From contig JAFDCZ010000012.1 of assembly GCA_019312665.1 (NCBI GenBank), positions 6,615-70,614 of the forward strand: a DNA stretch of 64,000 bases, given 5' to 3'. Shown piece after piece: positions 9,751 through 18,355 of the stretch. Source of the stretch: Deltaproteobacteria bacterium (GTDB lineage: Bacteria > Myxococcota_A > UBA9160 > UBA6930). The position numbers were made by a program, and so were the translations under genes. Each line of letters opens with the position of its first letter. Position 1 is the stretch's first letter. The notes beneath the pieces were generated by a model. It was not told where the DNA came from and did no database searches. It saw only the letters and a list, made by a program, of their open reading frames with translations.

Positions 9751-10961
9751 CGAGCGCGGGGACGGAGAAGCTCGCCGCTGGCTTGCTGCTCGATCACATG
9801 GGCCACCCAGCCTGCGCATCGACCCACGCAGAAGAGGCCGGCCGCACTCCCCACCGGGAGGCCGAGAGCAGCTCGCAGCCCTACGAGCCCGACATCCACG
9901 TTGGGTGCGGGCCGGCGGGAGCGCTCCATGGCTCCAACGAGTGCATCCAGCGTCTGAAGCTCTTGATTCCGTGGCCCCAGGCTCCATGCGGCCTCGAAGA
10001 GCAGCCGCGCGCGGGGATCGCCGTCGGGATAGAACGGATGCCCGAAGCCCGGGATCCGCTCGCCCCGGCGCGCGCGTTCGTGCACCAGGCGCTCCGCACG
10101 CTCGGGCGAACCGGCTTCTGCGAGAGCAGCCTCGACCCGATCGGTTGCCGCACCGTGAAGCGGGCCGGACAAAGCGGCAAGCCCCGCCTGTACGCAAGCG
10201 TAGACATCGGCATGAGTCGATGCGACGACCCGGGCCGCGAAGGTCGACGCATTCAGCTCGTGGTCGGCAAGCAGGTTCAACCCGGTATCCAGCGATGCAA
10301 CTCCATCAAGCCTCCCACCAAGCGCGCACAAGACGGCCTCGGCGACCGACCTCGCCTGCCAGGCCTGCGCCGCCCGGGAGGGTGATCCTGGGAGGGCCAG
10401 ACCTGCCGCCAGCAATCGGATCAGCCGGCGCGCGCGCGGCAGCGTCGCCTCGGGAGCAATCTCGAAACGACCCGAATCCCGGCAGCCCTCTGCCGCAACC
10501 AGCAAGAGTGCGACGCTGGCCGGCGATGCGTCGGCGGGCAGCCAGCGTGCGATTTCTCCGAAATCGGGCGCCTCTCCCAGGGCCGCGACCCACGAGACGT
10601 CTCCCGCTGGAAGAACGCCGGTCCAGAGCAGCTCGGCACAGCGCTCGAAGGAAACACCCTCACTGGCGAGAGAGGCCACGGGCACGCCCCGGTAGACCGG
10701 CCCCAGCGGCGTCATGTCCGTGATGGAGGTTTCGAGAACCGGCTCTCCCCAGCGGAGCGCCCGGTCGCCGCGCTGGCTGGCCCGCCCGCGTCCGCGGAGA
10801 TCCTCGAGATCGGCCCGCCGGTACTCCCGCTCGCGCCCCGGGCCGGCAGACCGGCTCGCCACCCAGCCCCGGCTCACGTAGGCGTAGAGGGTGGCCCGCT
10901 TGATCCCGAGCAGCTGGGCTGCCTGCTCGGCGGATAGCCAAGGTGAAATAGATTGATTCAT
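9735..10961 (-). CDS. HTH-domain / citrate-synthase-like fusion protein
   Basis: The N-terminus (LSAEQAAQLLGIKRATLYAYVSRG) looks like an excisionase/MerR-type HTH. The remainder is a citrate synthase fold (ELNASTF, GPLHGAAT, GFGHPFY, NVDVG, AGWVAH). The ATG at 10961 is preferred over the TTG at 10967. Confidence 0.7.
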   Translation of the reverse strand: MNQSISPWLSAEQAAQLLGIKRATLYAYVSRGWVASRSAGPGREREYRRADLEDLRGRGRASQRGDRALRWGEPVLETSITDMTPLGPVYRGVPVASLASEGVSFERCAELLWTGVLPAGDVSWVAALGEAPDFGEIARWLPADASPASVALLLVAAEGCRDSGRFEIAPEATLPRARRLIRLLAAGLALPGSPSRAAQAWQARSVAEAVLCALGGRLDGVASLDTGLNLLADHELNASTFAARVVASTHADVYACVQAGLAALSGPLHGAATDRVEAALAEAGSPERAERLVHERARRGERIPGFGHPFYPDGDPRARLLFEAAWSLGPRNQELQTLDALVGAMERSRRPAPNVDVGLVGLRAALGLPVGSAAGLFCVGRCAGWVAHVIEQQASGELLRPRARYKED

Positions 10962-11019
10962 GATCAAGATTGATAAATGATGACTTGACGATACGCTACC
11001 CGGTTATGGAGGAAACGCA

Positions 11020-12135
11020 ATGAGCAAACACCATTCGGACGGACTCGATGGCGTGGTGGTCGCGGAGACCGAGATCTCAGGAATCGATGGCGAGCAGGGC
11101 CGGCTCTGGATCCGCGGCCACGATGTGGAAACCCTGGCTCGAGAGCAGAGCTTCGAGGCATTGCTTGGGCTTCTGCTCGAGGGTGCCCTGCCGGACGAAG
11201 CCGGCATGGCCCGTTGGCGCTGCGCGCTAGGTGCCGCGCGGCTGAGGGCCTTCGACGGTCTGTGGCGGATGGGCGCAGCCCTCGAAGCCGAAAATGGCAT
11301 GGATGCACTTCGCGCAGCAGCCGCCTGCTTGGAGGAGGACGGCCCGAATGGCAGGACCACCGACGTGCGAATCGTCGGCGCCTTGCCGGTCTTCGCCGCA
11401 GCCTGGCATCGTCGGCGCCAGGGCCTGCATCCCGTCCCGCCCGATCCGGAGCGCTCCCACGCCGAGGATTTCCTGCGCATGACCCAGGACGAGGCGCCCC
11501 ACCCCGCCCAGGTCCGCGCCATGAACCGCTACTGGGTCACGGTCGCGGAGCATGGAATGAATGCCTCGACGTTCGTCGCGCGCGTCGTCGCGTCGACGCA
11601 CTCCGACAAGGTCTCCATCGTCACCGCCGCGCTCGGAGCGTTGAAGGGGCCGTTGCACGGTGGTGCGCCGGGCCCCGTGCTCGACATGTTCGATGCCATC
11701 GAACCCAATGCAGAAGCAGCGGTGAGCTGGTTGCGTGACGAGCTCGCCGCAGGGCGTCGCATCATGGGCCTGGGCCATCGGGTGTACCGGGTTCGCGATC
11801 CCAGGGCGGCGGTCCTCGAGGAAGCAACCCAGGAGCTCGAACAGGCGGGCCTGGGAAGCGCATACCTGGAACGCGCTCGCCTCGTGGAAAAGGCCGCAAC
11901 GGATGTGCTTGCCGAGCTCCATCCAGAGCGGACCCTCGCTGCCAACGTCGAGTTCTACACCGCAGTCCTCCTCGATGGCCTCGGATTGCCGCGCTCGCTC
12001 TTCACGCCCACCTTTGCATGTGCCCGGGTTGCAGGATGGCTTGCCCATGCCGCAGAGCAACGCAGCGGAGGGCGCATCCTGCGACCACGACAGCGCTACG
12101 TGGGTTCGCGTCCCGGGCAAAGGGTCTCGGCCTGA
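11020..12135 (+). CDS. Citrate synthase / 2-methylcitrate synthase family protein
   Basis: The product carries GMNASTF, GPLHGGAP, GLGHRVYRVRDPRA and AGWLAH motifs. A GGAGG Shine-Dalgarno sequence lies 7 nt upstream of the ATG. It has NVEFY where canonical enzymes have NVDFY. Confidence 0.8.
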   Translation: MSKHHSDGLDGVVVAETEISGIDGEQGRLWIRGHDVETLAREQSFEALLGLLLEGALPDEAGMARWRCALGAARLRAFDGLWRMGAALEAENGMDALRAAAACLEEDGPNGRTTDVRIVGALPVFAAAWHRRRQGLHPVPPDPERSHAEDFLRMTQDEAPHPAQVRAMNRYWVTVAEHGMNASTFVARVVASTHSDKVSIVTAALGALKGPLHGGAPGPVLDMFDAIEPNAEAAVSWLRDELAAGRRIMGLGHRVYRVRDPRAAVLEEATQELEQAGLGSAYLERARLVEKAATDVLAELHPERTLAANVEFYTAVLLDGLGLPRSLFTPTFACARVAGWLAHAAEQRSGGRILRPRQRYVGSRPGQRVSA

Positions 12136-12136
12136 C

Positions 12137-12886
12137 GTGGCAGGCGAGGAACTCATTCTCCTCTGGACCGTGGCCTTCGCCACAGCCGTACTCTCCGCAA
12201 TCGTCGGAATGGCGGGCGGCATCACCTTGCTCGCGCTCATGCTCCTCTTCCTCCCGCCGTTGGTGGCGATCCCTCTCCACGGGGTCATCCAGTTGGCATC
12301 GAATGGGTCGCGTGCATGGATCCAGCGGGAGCATGTCGATCGCGGGATCCTGCTGCGCTTCGGGCTGTTGCTCTTGCCGATGGGCGCAGTGGGTATCGCC
12401 GTTGCCCAGGAATTGCCCGAGGCCGTCGTGCGCGCCGCCATCGGCGTGTTCGTGTTGATGGCCACCTGGGCACCGGGCGCCTTGCTACTCGGCACGCACC
12501 CGGAGGCCATCGACCGCAACCGTCGTTTTCTCGGACTCGGCGCTGTTGCGGGATTTCTCAACGTGACCATCGGTGCCACTGGGCCGATGATCGCTCCGTT
12601 CTTCCTGAACCTCGGCCTCGACCGCAGAGCGCTGGTCGGCACCAAGGCTGGTTGCCAGGTGCTCGGCCATCTGAGCAAGATTCTTCTGTTCGGCCTGGCC
12701 GGCTTCGCCTTCGAAGAACATCTACCCCTTCTGGTTGGAGCGACGGTCGGCGTGGTGGCCGGCACCTGGCTCGGAAGCCGGCTCCTCGAGCGGGTAAGCG
12801 AGCACTTCTTCCGGGTTCTCTACCTCAGTGTGCTCACCCTGATTGCTCTACGTCTCATCATCGTGGAGCTCTTGGCTTTGCTCTGA
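12137..12886 (+). CDS. TauE/SafE family anion (sulfite-type) exporter
   Basis: The product is a hydrophobic 249-aa protein of about 7-8 TM helices with a MAGGITLL...PLHGVIQLASNG pattern. Its GTG start is 1 nt after the upstream stop. Confidence 0.7.
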   Translation: MAGEELILLWTVAFATAVLSAIVGMAGGITLLALMLLFLPPLVAIPLHGVIQLASNGSRAWIQREHVDRGILLRFGLLLLPMGAVGIAVAQELPEAVVRAAIGVFVLMATWAPGALLLGTHPEAIDRNRRFLGLGAVAGFLNVTIGATGPMIAPFFLNLGLDRRALVGTKAGCQVLGHLSKILLFGLAGFAFEEHLPLLVGATVGVVAGTWLGSRLLERVSEHFFRVLYLSVLTLIALRLIIVELLALL

Positions 12887-13052
12887 GAGGCGCATCGGGG
12901 AGAGCCCCGGGATCTCCCTCAGGGAGACACCCTGGAATCGGGGCGCTGAGGCCCACCGGAATGCTGTTGACCGATGGTTTGGCTCAGACCCGCGCTAGAC
13001 CCCTCCGAATGATGGAACGTCGGAGTTTGACTCCGCAGAGGGGGCCATTGGA

Positions 13053-13676
13053 ATGATCAAAGCAGGAACGGATGTCCATTTTCGGGATCCCAAGGTTCCG
13101 AGTGAACGCGTTCTCTTCCATGCCGTGATCGAAGCGGCGGAGGAAGATGATCGCTGGATGGCCACGTTCAGTGCTGGATCCCCCGCACTCGCGCCCGAAC
13201 AGGACGTGCTGATCTATTTCGAGATCAAGCGCGAATTCATGCAACAGCCGGCCGCGATCCACAGCGTCGAGCGGGGCGACGAAGGCACGGTCGTGATCTT
13301 CGAGCCCCTGGGCGATCCGGTTTCTGCAGAGAGCCGCCAGCACTACCGTGTCTCGACCGTCACCTCTGACGTCACCGCCACGATCGGCGACGAGCAGGGC
13401 TGCAGGGTCGTCGATATCAGCTCGACCGGGTTCGCCGCCGTTGCACGAGAAGCCCACGACATCGGAACGACCTTGGACGTCTGCATGACGTTCGAAGGCA
13501 AGAGCTGCACTGGTTCTGCCGCGATCCAATCCCTGCGCGAGCGGCCCGGAGGAAAATTCCGCTACGGGCTCGTCTCGGTGAACAGCGTAGAGAGCAGGGA
13601 TTTCCAGGAGCAGCTGAACGACATCAGCCTCGAGATCCAACGCTCACAGCTTCGGGGGCTCTCCGGAGCAGGCTGA
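13053..13676 (+). CDS. PilZ domain protein (c-di-GMP receptor type)
   Basis: The product has RxxxR (RQHYR) and D-x-S-x-x-G (DISSTG) motifs with appropriate spacing. Confidence 0.65.
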   Translation: MIKAGTDVHFRDPKVPSERVLFHAVIEAAEEDDRWMATFSAGSPALAPEQDVLIYFEIKREFMQQPAAIHSVERGDEGTVVIFEPLGDPVSAESRQHYRVSTVTSDVTATIGDEQGCRVVDISSTGFAAVAREAHDIGTTLDVCMTFEGKSCTGSAAIQSLRERPGGKFRYGLVSVNSVESRDFQEQLNDISLEIQRSQLRGLSGAG

Positions 13677-13685
13677 GGGGAAGCC

Positions 13686-14459
13686 TCAGGTCGTGGTCGA
13701 CATCCCACCGTCGACGGGAATCACGGCTCCGGTGATATAGGCTCCCGCCCTCGACGCCAGGAAGAGCGCGACGCCCGCCATGTCTGAGGGTTCACCAATC
13801 CGGCCACGGGGGTTCGACGCACGTATGTGATCGCCGAACTGATCGAGGGTGGCTGCCATCATCTTGCTCTCGAAGGGACCGGGGGCGACCGCATTCACGG
13901 TCAGGTTCTCACGGGCCAGGCGCTTCGCCAGCACACGCGTCAGGTGGTGGAGCCCCGCCTTACAAGAAGAGTAGGCGTAGGTCTCGAGGTCCGGCGGCGT
14001 TATCCCATCGATCGAGCCGATGTTGATCACACGCGCGGGATCCTCGGAAGAGCCTGCTTTGCGAAGCAGCGGGAGCATCTTCACCGTCGTATGGAACACG
14101 CCCTTCAGGTTGAGGGCAAAGACCTTGTCCCAACCCGCGTCCGGATACTCGTCGAGGGGAGCTCCCCAGTTGGCCCCCGCGTTGTTCACCAGGATATGCA
14201 GCTCGGATTCCCGCTCGGCGACTGCGGCGGCCAGCGCGGCAGCTCCCTGTTCATCGGAGAGATCCGCGGGGATCCCGATGCAGTTGCCCAACTTGCCGAG
14301 TTCGGCCTCGGTCTCCGCGCAGGCGTCTGCATTCCGTGAAGCCACGATCACCCGGGCCCCGGATTCGACGTAGCCCTGGGCAATCATTCGCCCGATTCCA
14401 CGGGTTCCGCCCGTCACCAACGCCACTTTGTTCTTCACGGAAAAGAGATCTTCGATCAT
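13686..14459 (-). CDS. SDR family oxidoreductase (3-oxoacyl-ACP reductase / RhlG-like)
   Basis: The product has a TGGTRGIG cofactor motif, an NNAG motif and a YSSCK catalytic Y-x-x-x-K. Confidence 0.85.
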   Translation of the reverse strand: MIEDLFSVKNKVALVTGGTRGIGRMIAQGYVESGARVIVASRNADACAETEAELGKLGNCIGIPADLSDEQGAAALAAAVAERESELHILVNNAGANWGAPLDEYPDAGWDKVFALNLKGVFHTTVKMLPLLRKAGSSEDPARVINIGSIDGITPPDLETYAYSSCKAGLHHLTRVLAKRLARENLTVNAVAPGPFESKMMAATLDQFGDHIRASNPRGRIGEPSDMAGVALFLASRAGAYITGAVIPVDGGMSTTT

Positions 14460-14548
14460 GGCGCCGCAGCATAGCCCTCTCGCAAGCCATCAGGCGCGCC
14501 GGGGCGAGACGGGTTCAGGGCCGGCCGCCGATCGCCGATCAGCTCTCC

Positions 14549-15442
14549 GTGCCGGAGCAGGATACGACCACCCAGACGACGACCCTCGCTCGCCAGGAGA
14601 GCGAGACGGTCAGCGTTGGGAACAGCTGCCTGGTCGTGCTTCGGGGACCGGATCTGGGGCGACGCACCGTACTGAACGGGCCCACGCTCTCGATCGGACG
14701 CGGTTCGGATTGCGATCTCCCGGTCCGCGTCAGCAACGTGTCTCGCTATCACTGCAGAATCGAAATTCGCGATGGCCGAACCTTCGTACGCGATCTCGGC
14801 TCGACGAACGGAACGCGCCTGAACGGCTTCTCCGTACCTCCGAACGAGGATTTCGTGATCGAGGGTGGCGATCTCCTTCAGATCGGTGATTGCGTCTTCA
14901 AGTTCCTGGATGGCGGCAGCGTCGAGACTCGTTTTCACGAGGAGGCCTACCGCCGCGTCGTGGTCGACAGCCTCACCCAGGTGCACAATCGGCGCTTCTT
15001 CGTCGAGTTCCTCGAGAAGGAGATCTCGCGCTGTCGGCGTCACACGCGGAGCCTTTGCGTGCTGTTGATCGACATCGACCATTTCAAACGGGTCAACGAC
15101 GAGATCGGCCACACGGCGGGCGACGAAGTCCTGCGGCGGGTCGCCCATTGCCTGGCAAGCCACGCGCGGCGCGAAGAATGCCTGGCTCGTTATGGCGGCG
15201 AGGAATTCGCCATGGTGCTCCCGGAATCGCAAGCCGAGGGCGCACGCCTTCTCGCCGAACGCCTCTGCGAATCGATCGAGGCATTGAACCCGGAAGTCGA
15301 AGGCAAAACCGTTCCCATCACCATCTCCGTCGGGGTGGCAGAATGGGACCCCACGATGCGAACGGTAGAAGACATCATCCGGACTGCCGATACACGGCTC
15401 TACGAAGCCAAGGACGCGGGGCGAAACCGGGTCGCCAGTTAG
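14549..15442 (+). CDS. FHA-domain diguanylate cyclase (GGDEF)
   Basis: An FHA signature (IGRGSDCDL...SRYHCRI...DLGSTNGTRLNG) is followed by a GGDEF domain (DIDHFKRVND, RYGGEEF). I inferred the GTG 14549 start to avoid overlap with the divergent SDR gene, so the start is uncertain. Confidence 0.8.
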   Translation: MPEQDTTTQTTTLARQESETVSVGNSCLVVLRGPDLGRRTVLNGPTLSIGRGSDCDLPVRVSNVSRYHCRIEIRDGRTFVRDLGSTNGTRLNGFSVPPNEDFVIEGGDLLQIGDCVFKFLDGGSVETRFHEEAYRRVVVDSLTQVHNRRFFVEFLEKEISRCRRHTRSLCVLLIDIDHFKRVNDEIGHTAGDEVLRRVAHCLASHARREECLARYGGEEFAMVLPESQAEGARLLAERLCESIEALNPEVEGKTVPITISVGVAEWDPTMRTVEDIIRTADTRLYEAKDAGRNRVAS

Positions 15443-15478
15443 GTTGCGGAACCACGGAGCGTCTCAACCCCCAATAGA

Positions 15479-15736
15479 GGCGCTTCGCTTCTCGTACGTG
15501 AAGTAGAGTCGCCCGGCCTGCGCCCAGCCCAGCGAACCGCCCCCAATTACCAGCACGGCCAATCGCGGGGCGGGGGGCGGCCAGCGCGGAAGTAAAAGCG
15601 GAGCCAGGCCGGAGAGTACGCGCCCTCCTCCTACGAGCTCGGCAAACCGGGTGCACGCGCGTTCGACGGTCTGGTGAGCCATGGAGCGATGGCCGCCCCC
15701 CGCCCCGCGATCCACTACGAGAAGCAAAGCGGCGTT
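15479..15736. repeat. GC-rich nested inverted-repeat intergenic element, copy at locus 1
   Basis: The terminal IRs are GCGCTTCGCTTCTCGTA (15480-15496) and TACGAGAAGCAAAGCGGCG (15715-15733). A perfect 22-nt internal IR pairs 15562-15583 with 15690-15711. The element shares 21-26 nt identical blocks with 56393-56809. Confidence 0.65.
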
Positions 15737-15763
15737 CCTTTTCAGAAAGAGGGCGCCAGGTTC

Positions 15764-16345
15764 TCAGTTGATCCCTTGGGTGGTGACCAGGGTGCCGGGC
15801 TCGATTCCGAGGGTTCGGATCGTGGCCGTCCACAGATCTTCCTTCGGCGTTTCGAAGACCAGGCCATCGGCCATGGGAACAACCAGCCAGGCCCCGTTGG
15901 CGATCTCGCCTTCGAGCTGCCCCGGGCCCCAGCCGGACGAACCGAGAAAGACGCGCGCGACGGTTTCCGGGTTCTCGGCCACTCGGCGCAGCGCGTCCCG
16001 GGAACCGCTCCAATGGATGCGCGGTGCGACCTCTTCGGCCTCGGGTATATCGTCGAGGGACTCGCGAAATACGATCCAGCCCTGATCTTGTTGGACCGGC
16101 CCACCCCAATCGACGGTCGCATCACCCTCACCACGCCAGTTGATCTCCAGGCTTTCGCAGAGATCGGTGGCAGAAAAATCAGTCGCCCGGTTGATCACGA
16201 GACCGAACGCTCCCTGTTCCTCATCGTGATGAATCATCAGCACCACGGTGCGGCGGAAGTTCGGATCGAGAAGCGGATCGAGGGCGACGAGGAAACCCGG
16301 CGCGAGGGGGGAGGTCACGCCATCAAGGTAGCCGAAGCCGCGCAT
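15764..16345 (-). CDS. YqgE/AlgH family protein (UPF0301)
   Basis: The product has FRRTVVLMIHHDEEQGAFGLVINR and GWGPGQLEGEI motifs. I took the ATG at 16345. The longer ORF has an Arg/Pro-rich non-coding-looking extension. Confidence 0.8.
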   Translation of the reverse strand: MRGFGYLDGVTSPLAPGFLVALDPLLDPNFRRTVVLMIHHDEEQGAFGLVINRATDFSATDLCESLEINWRGEGDATVDWGGPVQQDQGWIVFRESLDDIPEAEEVAPRIHWSGSRDALRRVAENPETVARVFLGSSGWGPGQLEGEIANGAWLVVPMADGLVFETPKEDLWTATIRTLGIEPGTLVTTQGIN

Positions 16346-16404
16346 CTGGTGGAGCGGATGACTCCCGTTGCCAACAGCGCAGCCCGAGGGGCTAGCCTGG
16401 CGAG

Positions 16405-17100
16405 ATGGACGAGGGACTCGAGGCGGCCCTGTGGAGCCAGGCCGTGTGGCTTGGAGCGGCGGTGCTCGGTGGTCTGATGGCCGGCGGCCCACTTCGCGAG
16501 CGCCTGGGGCTCGTCCCGAACCGGCTTCGCTGGGCTGGGGTCGGCTTGGCGATCGTGGGCTTCCTCGCGCTCTCGATCTCGGGCGATGCGGTGCTGCGCC
16601 TCCTCGAGCTGCGGGATGTCGGACCGCTTCGCCGTCTCGACGAGCTGTCGGGCCAACAAACGGGAGGGAACGCCCTGGCCGCGTTTGCGATCCTGGGGCT
16701 GTTGCCGGCCTTGACCGAGGAGCTGCTCTTCCGCGGATTCATACAACGAATCCTCGTCGCGCGGCTCGGTGCGGTCGTGGGCATCGCAGGGGCGGCTGCC
16801 CTGTTCGGCCTGGCTCACGCCGACCCGGTTCACAGCAGTGCGGCCTTCGTGCTGGGCCTCTTCCTGGGCACCCTGACCTTCGTCGCCGGCAGCGTGGGGC
16901 CAGCGATGCTCTGCCATGGCCTCAACAACCTCTTGAGCGTGACCGGTTCGATGGGTGGTTGGAGCCCCACCAGCCCCTCTGAGCTGGCCATCCTCGGCCT
17001 CGTCGCGGGTTCAGGCCTCGCCCTATGGGGCACCAGCCGACTTTGTTACCCGGCCCCCACAGGGGAGCTACAGACCGACGCCAGTGATGCCGAATCGTAA
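16405..17100 (+). CDS. CPBP family intramembrane glutamic endopeptidase (CAAX protease-like)
   Basis: The product has EELLFRG, FGLAH and HGLNN motifs within transmembrane segments. Confidence 0.75.
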   Translation: MDEGLEAALWSQAVWLGAAVLGGLMAGGPLRERLGLVPNRLRWAGVGLAIVGFLALSISGDAVLRLLELRDVGPLRRLDELSGQQTGGNALAAFAILGLLPALTEELLFRGFIQRILVARLGAVVGIAGAAALFGLAHADPVHSSAAFVLGLFLGTLTFVAGSVGPAMLCHGLNNLLSVTGSMGGWSPTSPSELAILGLVAGSGLALWGTSRLCYPAPTGELQTDASDAES

Positions 17101-17149
17101 CCTCAACGCGGGTCCCATCTTTTCGATGCGGCCGCATTGAAGAGCAAGC

Positions 17150-18319
17150 ATGGCATCACCTTCTGTTCTGCTGGTCGATGATGGAGAGCTCGACGACGTC
17201 CGAGCGCTACTCGCGCAAATGGGCGCGGCGTTCGTGCACTACCGCGGCGGGCAGATTCCCGAGACGGTCGAGCCGCCGCAAGATCTCTTCATCGCCACGT
17301 CACGCCGCGCGCTTCTCGTCGAGAGCTGGCCGCTCGAAGCCAACCCGACGAAGATCGCCGTGGTGACGGAGGATTCGAACACCCTTCGGAACCTGCTTCG
17401 GCGCAATGGCTTTCAGCTGTTGATCCGGCGCCCTGTGCATCCCTACGCATTGCGGCTCGTGCTCCTACGCGCACTCTATTCCGGTCGGGAGAGACGCGTG
17501 GATCCGCGCCTTCCGATCGGGCATCCGGTCCGCTATCGAACGGGCCTCCGCAGCAAACGTGCCTGGATGGCAGATCTCTCACTGCGCGGCTGTCGTCTGC
17601 TGCTCGACGATTCTCCGCAAGCGGGCTCGCGCCTGACCCTGCAACTCCCGAGTGGCGTAACGGATGGCCGGAGCCTCACGCTTCGCGGCAAGGTGCTCCG
17701 CGTCTCCGCCGCCGGAAGCCAGAGTGGCGGCGTTCGTTATGCCGCAGCCATCCACTTCGAGAAGCTCTCGATGAACGCGAAGCGACGCATCTTCCAGGTC
17801 TTGAACGATCGCGCCCACGGTCCGGCCGTACTACCCGAGCCGCTTCCCCAGACAGAGACCTTCGAACAACCGGAAATCGAGCAGGTGGACGTCACCTCGA
17901 GCGCACACCAGCAACCGATCGCCGGCCCGGCCACTCCCGACGACCGCCGCAAGCACGAGCGGGTCGTCTACGAACAGGAAATCTCGATCCACGGCGACGA
18001 GGCCGAGAGCGTCCTGATCGGCCGGGACCTCTCTATGGGTGGCATGAGTATCGAGCCCCACGCGAGCCTCAAGGTGAATGACACCCTCGAACTCGCTTTG
18101 TACGGCGAGGCAGGAGACGACCCGTTCGTCGTCAAAGCGCGAGTCGTGCACCGCGAAGTCGGCGCGGCGCTAGGCCTCGAATTCATCGATCTCGACCCGG
18201 GCGTTGCCGGTCGCCTCGACCGCCTGGTCGCGCATCTTCCAGCGATCGAGCCCCTTCAAGACGGTGAGAGCGACGCGATGGGCAGCATCGTGTCGCGCAT
18301 CCTTCACCACGAAGGCTAG
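17150..18319 (+). CDS. Tandem PilZ-domain protein with N-terminal CheY-like/unknown domain
   Basis: There are two RxxxR...DxSxxG pairs (RERRVDPR...DLSLRG and DDRRKHER...DLSMGG). The N-terminal LLVDDGELDD resembles the start of a receiver domain. Confidence 0.65.
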   Translation: MASPSVLLVDDGELDDVRALLAQMGAAFVHYRGGQIPETVEPPQDLFIATSRRALLVESWPLEANPTKIAVVTEDSNTLRNLLRRNGFQLLIRRPVHPYALRLVLLRALYSGRERRVDPRLPIGHPVRYRTGLRSKRAWMADLSLRGCRLLLDDSPQAGSRLTLQLPSGVTDGRSLTLRGKVLRVSAAGSQSGGVRYAAAIHFEKLSMNAKRRIFQVLNDRAHGPAVLPEPLPQTETFEQPEIEQVDVTSSAHQQPIAGPATPDDRRKHERVVYEQEISIHGDEAESVLIGRDLSMGGMSIEPHASLKVNDTLELALYGEAGDDPFVVKARVVHREVGAALGLEFIDLDPGVAGRLDRLVAHLPAIEPLQDGESDAMGSIVSRILHHEG

Positions 18320-18355
18320 ACGCGCCCGGCCCCTGGCCTTCCCTGCGCCCCACGA

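Noticed and set aside
15562-15583. I considered the G-run core GGGGCGGGGGGCGG as a G-quadruplex motif.
   Set aside because: Only two or three G-tracts are present and they are separated by single C residues. The sequence is fully complementary to its inverted partner, so duplex or hairpin formation is the simpler reading.
15674-16477. The ORFs at 15674-16477 and 55712-56527 share a peptide MAAPRPAI..EK.SGV and at first looked like a small paralogous gene family.
   Set aside because: The shared peptide is simply the translation of the shared 26-nt DNA core of the repeat element. The remainder of each ORF is antisense to real genes (yqgE, the ACT gene). There is no Shine-Dalgarno sequence or coding signal.
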